64,000 bases of DNA. Origin: Rebecca billardiae RCC1528 (Eukaryota; Protista; Haptophyta). The notes under the pieces are model-generated. The model did no database searches. It was not told the origin of the DNA and saw only the letters and a list, made by a program, of their open reading frames with translations. The DNA is taken from assembly GCA_965240325.2 (NCBI GenBank), contig OZ251227.1, forward strand, positions 1,426,001-1,490,000, read 5' to 3'. Shown piece after piece: positions 60,167 to 64,000 of this stretch. Position 1 is the stretch's first letter, and every line of letters begins with the position of its first letter. Position numbers and translations under genes: made by a program.

Positions 60167-61851
60167 ATGGCTACGAGTGGGGCGGGCAAGGTGTCGTGGG
60201 TGGAGGCGCCTGCGCCCAAGGCCGAGGAGATGGCCGTCCAGTACGACGGCCAGATGCGCATCGCCTTCGACGCGTTCGACGCGGGCCGGTACACGGAGGC
60301 TGTGGCGCACTTTAACGCCGCGGCCGAGCTGTGCGCCAAGATGCCCAAGCACGACACGGCGTCCTCGGCGTGGGTCGCGCGCCGGGTGAAGGCCATGAAC
60401 AACAGCGCCGCGTCGAAGGACAAGCTCGGCGAGCTCGAGGCCGCCGAGCGAGGCTACGCGGCCGCGCGGAAGGTCCTGCTCGACGCGTACGCCTCGTACA
60501 GCTTCCCCTCGTTGTGGGACTCGTCCTACTCGGCGATGCTCGCGCACGTGGAGAAGAAGATGGGCATGATGCCGCGCACGGTGGGGGCGCACGTCGGCGA
60601 GGGCGTCGACGTCGGCGAGGTCGTCGACGTCGGCAAGCACATGGCGCACGAGGCGGTCGCCGCGTTCAAGGCGAAGGAGTACGAGCGCGCGCTGCCGCTG
60701 CTCGAGCAGGCGATCGCGATCCTCGAGAAGCACGGGCGCGGCGACGCGATCACGCTGGCGACGTGCATCAACAACCTCGCCTCGACGCACATGGAGCTCG
60801 GCAACGCCGAGCCCGCGCGCAGAAACTACATCCGCGCGCTGCAGGTGCCGGGCACGACCGAGGCGCAGCGCACGCACATGCAGGGCAAGCTCAAGCAGCT
60901 CAACGCCCGGCTGGCGGGCGCGGGGCGCGGCGGCGAGGTGCAGCGCGCGCTGCAGAGCGAGCTCGCCGCGCTCGTGAAGGAGAAGGGCTGCGGCCCCATC
61001 CTCATCCGGCTGTCGTGGCACGACGCCGGCGTGTTTGCCGAGGGGAAGGGCGGCTGCCCGAACGCCGCGATGCGCTTTGGCGCGGAGGGCGAGGGCGCGT
61101 TCGGCGCCAACGCGGGGCTGCCGGACGTGGCGCTGGGGCTGCTCGCGCCGCTCACGGCCAAGTACGTGGAGGGGCAGAAGGTGATCTCGCACGCGGACAT
61201 GTGGGCCCTCGCCGCCAACGTCGCGATCGAGGCGATGGGCGGACCGCACGTGCCGACGCGCTTTGGGCGGCAGGACGCCGCGTCCGCGGCCGAGTCTGTT
61301 GAGGGCCAGGCGGGACGGCTGCCCGATGGCGACAAGGTGCGCGCGCCGCGCCCGCGTCGGCCAGCCGCGCGAGCCCGCGCCGCCGCGGCTCAGCCGTCTC
61401 TGACCCGCCCGCGTCGCCCCCAACCCGCCGCCCGGCCTGGATGGAGCAGGGCGCGGCGCACCTGCGCGAGATCTTCGGGCCCAAGGGCTTTGGCGACCAG
61501 GCGATAGTCGCCCTCAGCGGCGCACACACCGTCGGCCGCTGCCACGCCAACCGCTCGGGCTTCGACGGGCCGTGGACCGAGCAGCCGCTCAAGTTCGACA
61601 ACTCGTACTTTGTGTCCCTCCTGCGCAACGCCTACCAGCCCGAAAAGACCGCCGCGGGCTGCCCGCAGCACCGCCATGCGGCGAGCGGCACAATCATGCT
61701 CGAGTCAGACCTTGCCCTTGTCTCCGACCCGGCGTTCAAGCCACACGTCGAGCGGTACGCTGCCGATCAGAGCGCCTTCTTCGCAGACTTCGTCGAGGCG
61801 TGGGTGATGCTGCAGGAGCTCGGCTGCACAGGGCTTCGCGACGCGCTCTGA
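60167..61851 (+). CDS. APX: TPR-domain / ascorbate peroxidase (class I heme peroxidase) fusion; intron 61337-61449
   Basis: CGPILIRLSWHDAG (distal R-W-H), ISHADMWALA, GRLPDGDK|GAAHLREIF across the intron, ALSGAHTVGRCHANRSGFDGPWT, FDNSYF; N-terminal TPRs (LATCINNLASTHMELG). Confidence 0.92.
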
Positions 61852-62120
61852 AGTCGCTTCAGCAGCTGCGCTGCTTTAAGAGTGGACGTGGCGGTGCGCG
61901 CGTGACGCAGCGACGTGATTGCTGCGCTGATGACAGGGTGTAAGAATGCTGCTGTGCAGTGTCAGACGACGCCCGTTTGACTCTGTATCATCATCGACGA
62001 GTTCTGGCGTCGTTGAATCTCGCGCGTCATCAGACATCGTCAGAGTCTGCTCCGTGCGCTATATATAGCCTATATATATATATACTCAGTATAGGACATC
62101 ATGGTACAGTATTCAGAGTA

Positions 62121-62147
62121 TAGAGAGAGAGAGAGACTGTCTGAGCT

Positions 62148-62183
<36 letters not shown>

Positions 62184-62187
62184 CTGT

Positions 62188-62224
<37 letters not shown>
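62121..62224. repeat. (GA)n microsatellite, interrupted twice by CTGTCTGAG
   Basis: Seen directly. Confidence 0.95.
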
Positions 62225-62227
<3 letters not shown>

Positions 62228-62433
62228 TTGATCATCATACTCATTTGCGCTGGTGATGATAGTATACGACGACGTATATAGCAGTAGCGCAATAAGTATT
62301 AGCGCAGTGCAGCCCAGCAGCGCATATTATTCATCAGATAGATCAGTGTGACATATGCGCCGCTGGTCGTGGACGGTCTAGTGGACGACGCCGCCCGCGC
62401 CGGGGCACCCGGATTCCCGGCTATGACGGCTAT

Positions 62434-62437
<4 letters not shown>

Positions 62438-62507
<70 letters not shown>
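62438..62507. repeat. (CT)n microsatellite, ~35 units
   Basis: Seen directly. Confidence 0.95.
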
Positions 62508-62510
<3 letters not shown>

Positions 62511-62660
62511 TCGAACGAGTTTCGATATGATGATGATATGCATGATCATGATGACGATGATGATCAGGCAATAACATGCGCGCGTATGTCAGCAGCAGTC
62601 ACGTCGGCGATCACATCATCATCTGATGACGCGCCGCGCGGTCTCCTCCTCGAAGCATCA

Positions 62661-64000
62661 TCATTTCCGAGCAGCGGCCCCATCGTCGAGCGTGGTCATG
62701 ATATCCTTTGCCGCCTTGAGCGGCGTCGCAAAGCTCGCGTGCGCCTGTGACGCTTTGACTCGCTCGAGAGCCGCTGCGTACTCCTCGCGCAGCCCGACGA
62801 GCGCCGATGCCGCCGCATCGTGGCCTTCGCCAGACTGCGAGGCGAGCTCAACGAGCACGCTCTGCAGCTCAACGGCGAGCGCGAGCCACTGCTCGGAGGA
62901 CTTGGGCATGTCCATGCGGCCGGCATGGATGGCAAACTTCTCGGCTTTTGCGCACAGCCACTCGAGCATGCTGCGCCACACGGGCCGCGCGCCCATCGAC
63001 GAGTGCTTTCCCGCGGTCGCGACGTGCCCCACTTTGAGCACAAGATCAGTGTCGACGCACGCCTCTGCGTGGGACAGCCGCTCAATGAGCCGCGTGATGC
63101 AGGTGCACATGCGTACGAGCGCATCTGCACCGTTGTTGGAGGCGCCGCCGTCCTCGAGGCGCTGCGCGTACGCGCTGAACGCCCGCCGGAAGCCGAGCGC
63201 TGCTGCCGGGCGCAGCTGGTTGGTCGGCGCCTCGAGGGAAGCGGCGCGCTGGGCGAGCAGCTCGAGGTGCTCCGCGCTGAGCTCGGGCACCACGCCGTCA
63301 CGCAGCCGGCTGAGCAGAGAGGCACGCGCTGCGCCGGCGCCGCCCGTGCTGGGCCCGGTGCGCGCCTCGAGCCACGCCGTCATCTCGAGATCGACCAGCC
63401 GCAGTGACGGCTGCAGCGCGTCGAGAGCGCTGCGAGCCGCCGCTACATGGCCAGTGGCGCCGCCGCCGCCGTCCACCTCCATCGCGTCGTCGCACGTCTC
63501 GAACTTGCCTGTGCCCGCTGCGGCGCCAGCATTGTCGCGCTTGGCGTCGACGGGCTGTGGCAGCTCGCTGATCAGCTCGAGCGCAGCGGTGGCATTCTTG
63601 TGCGCCGCGGCAGCGTAGTTCGCGGCCTGATCGAACGTGAGCGCGGACGGCGGCATGCTGTCGAGCAGCTCCTTCACGGCGAGAGCGATCTCTGCGCGGC
63701 ATTCAATGGCAAACTCCGTCTGCTTCGCTGACGGCGGCATGCGCTCGTTGAGCCGCAGCGCGCACTGCAGGCAGTCGAACGCCAGCTGGTGGTCGGCGAG
63801 CTCGTTCGCCCGGAAGGCAAGGTTCCAGCCGAGCACGGTGCACCACCACACGTCGTCTTCCGTGCCGCACGACGCCTCGCCAGCGAGCGCCGGCAGCCGC
63901 CTGACCGCACACTTGAGGTAGCCACCGAGAGCCTTGAGCTCGTCCTGCTCGAGCAGCGTCGGATCGCGCTCGCCGAGCGCGACACGGTGCAGCTGGCGCA
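62661..64000 (-). CDS. ZIP4: 3' part of probable meiotic TPR protein ZIP4/SPO22/TEX11
   Basis: Frame open to the window edge; EDDVWWCTVLGWNLA and LEWLCAKA...SEQWLALAVEL resemble the two conserved W..W-N blocks and the AEKW..LAL block of the family C-terminus. Confidence 0.6.
   Translation of the reverse strand, partial: RQLHRVALGERDPTLLEQDELKALGGYLKCAVRRLPALAGEASCGTEDDVWWCTVLGWNLAFRANELADHQLAFDCLQCALRLNERMPPSAKQTEFAIECRAEIALAVKELLDSMPPSALTFDQAANYAAAAHKNATAALELISELPQPVDAKRDNAGAAAGTGKFETCDDAMEVDGGGGATGHVAAARSALDALQPSLRLVDLEMTAWLEARTGPSTGGAGAARASLLSRLRDGVVPELSAEHLELLAQRAASLEAPTNQLRPAAALGFRRAFSAYAQRLEDGGASNNGADALVRMCTCITRLIERLSHAEACVDTDLVLKVGHVATAGKHSSMGARPVWRSMLEWLCAKAEKFAIHAGRMDMPKSSEQWLALAVELQSVLVELASQSGEGHDAAASALVGLREEYAAALERVKASQAHASFATPLKAAKDIMTTLDDGAAARK

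Overview
Eukaryotic, extremely GC-rich nuclear DNA with short GT-AG introns full of (GC)n runs and ATC/GAT-rich 3' ends. This style suggests a haptophyte alga, probably Pavlovales-like (inference only). Supported genes in order: 3' end of an unknown gene; a triple-AP2 transcription factor; an LRR receptor-like protein with one-repeat exons; plastid-type TrmB; a fusion of a ubiquitin-binding-like motif, Nup98-like FG repeats/GLEBS, coiled coil, kinase, RING and RBR-type RING2; XMAP215/MOR1; an uninterrupted 25.1-kb ORF (8375 aa) encoding a polycystin-1/REJ-GPS-like receptor with a beta-helix head, RRL-delimited poly-Asp peptides, a ~5,500-aa extensin-like stalk, IQ and EF-hand motifs and no channel domain; a 4.5-kb TIR-bounded element carrying gene debris; a multi-TM ankyrin protein head-to-head with a TPR-ascorbate peroxidase fusion; and the 3' part of a probable ZIP4/SPO22/TEX11 meiosis gene. 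No rRNA, tRNA or CRISPR was seen. All domain calls come from motif recognition by eye; no searches were run.
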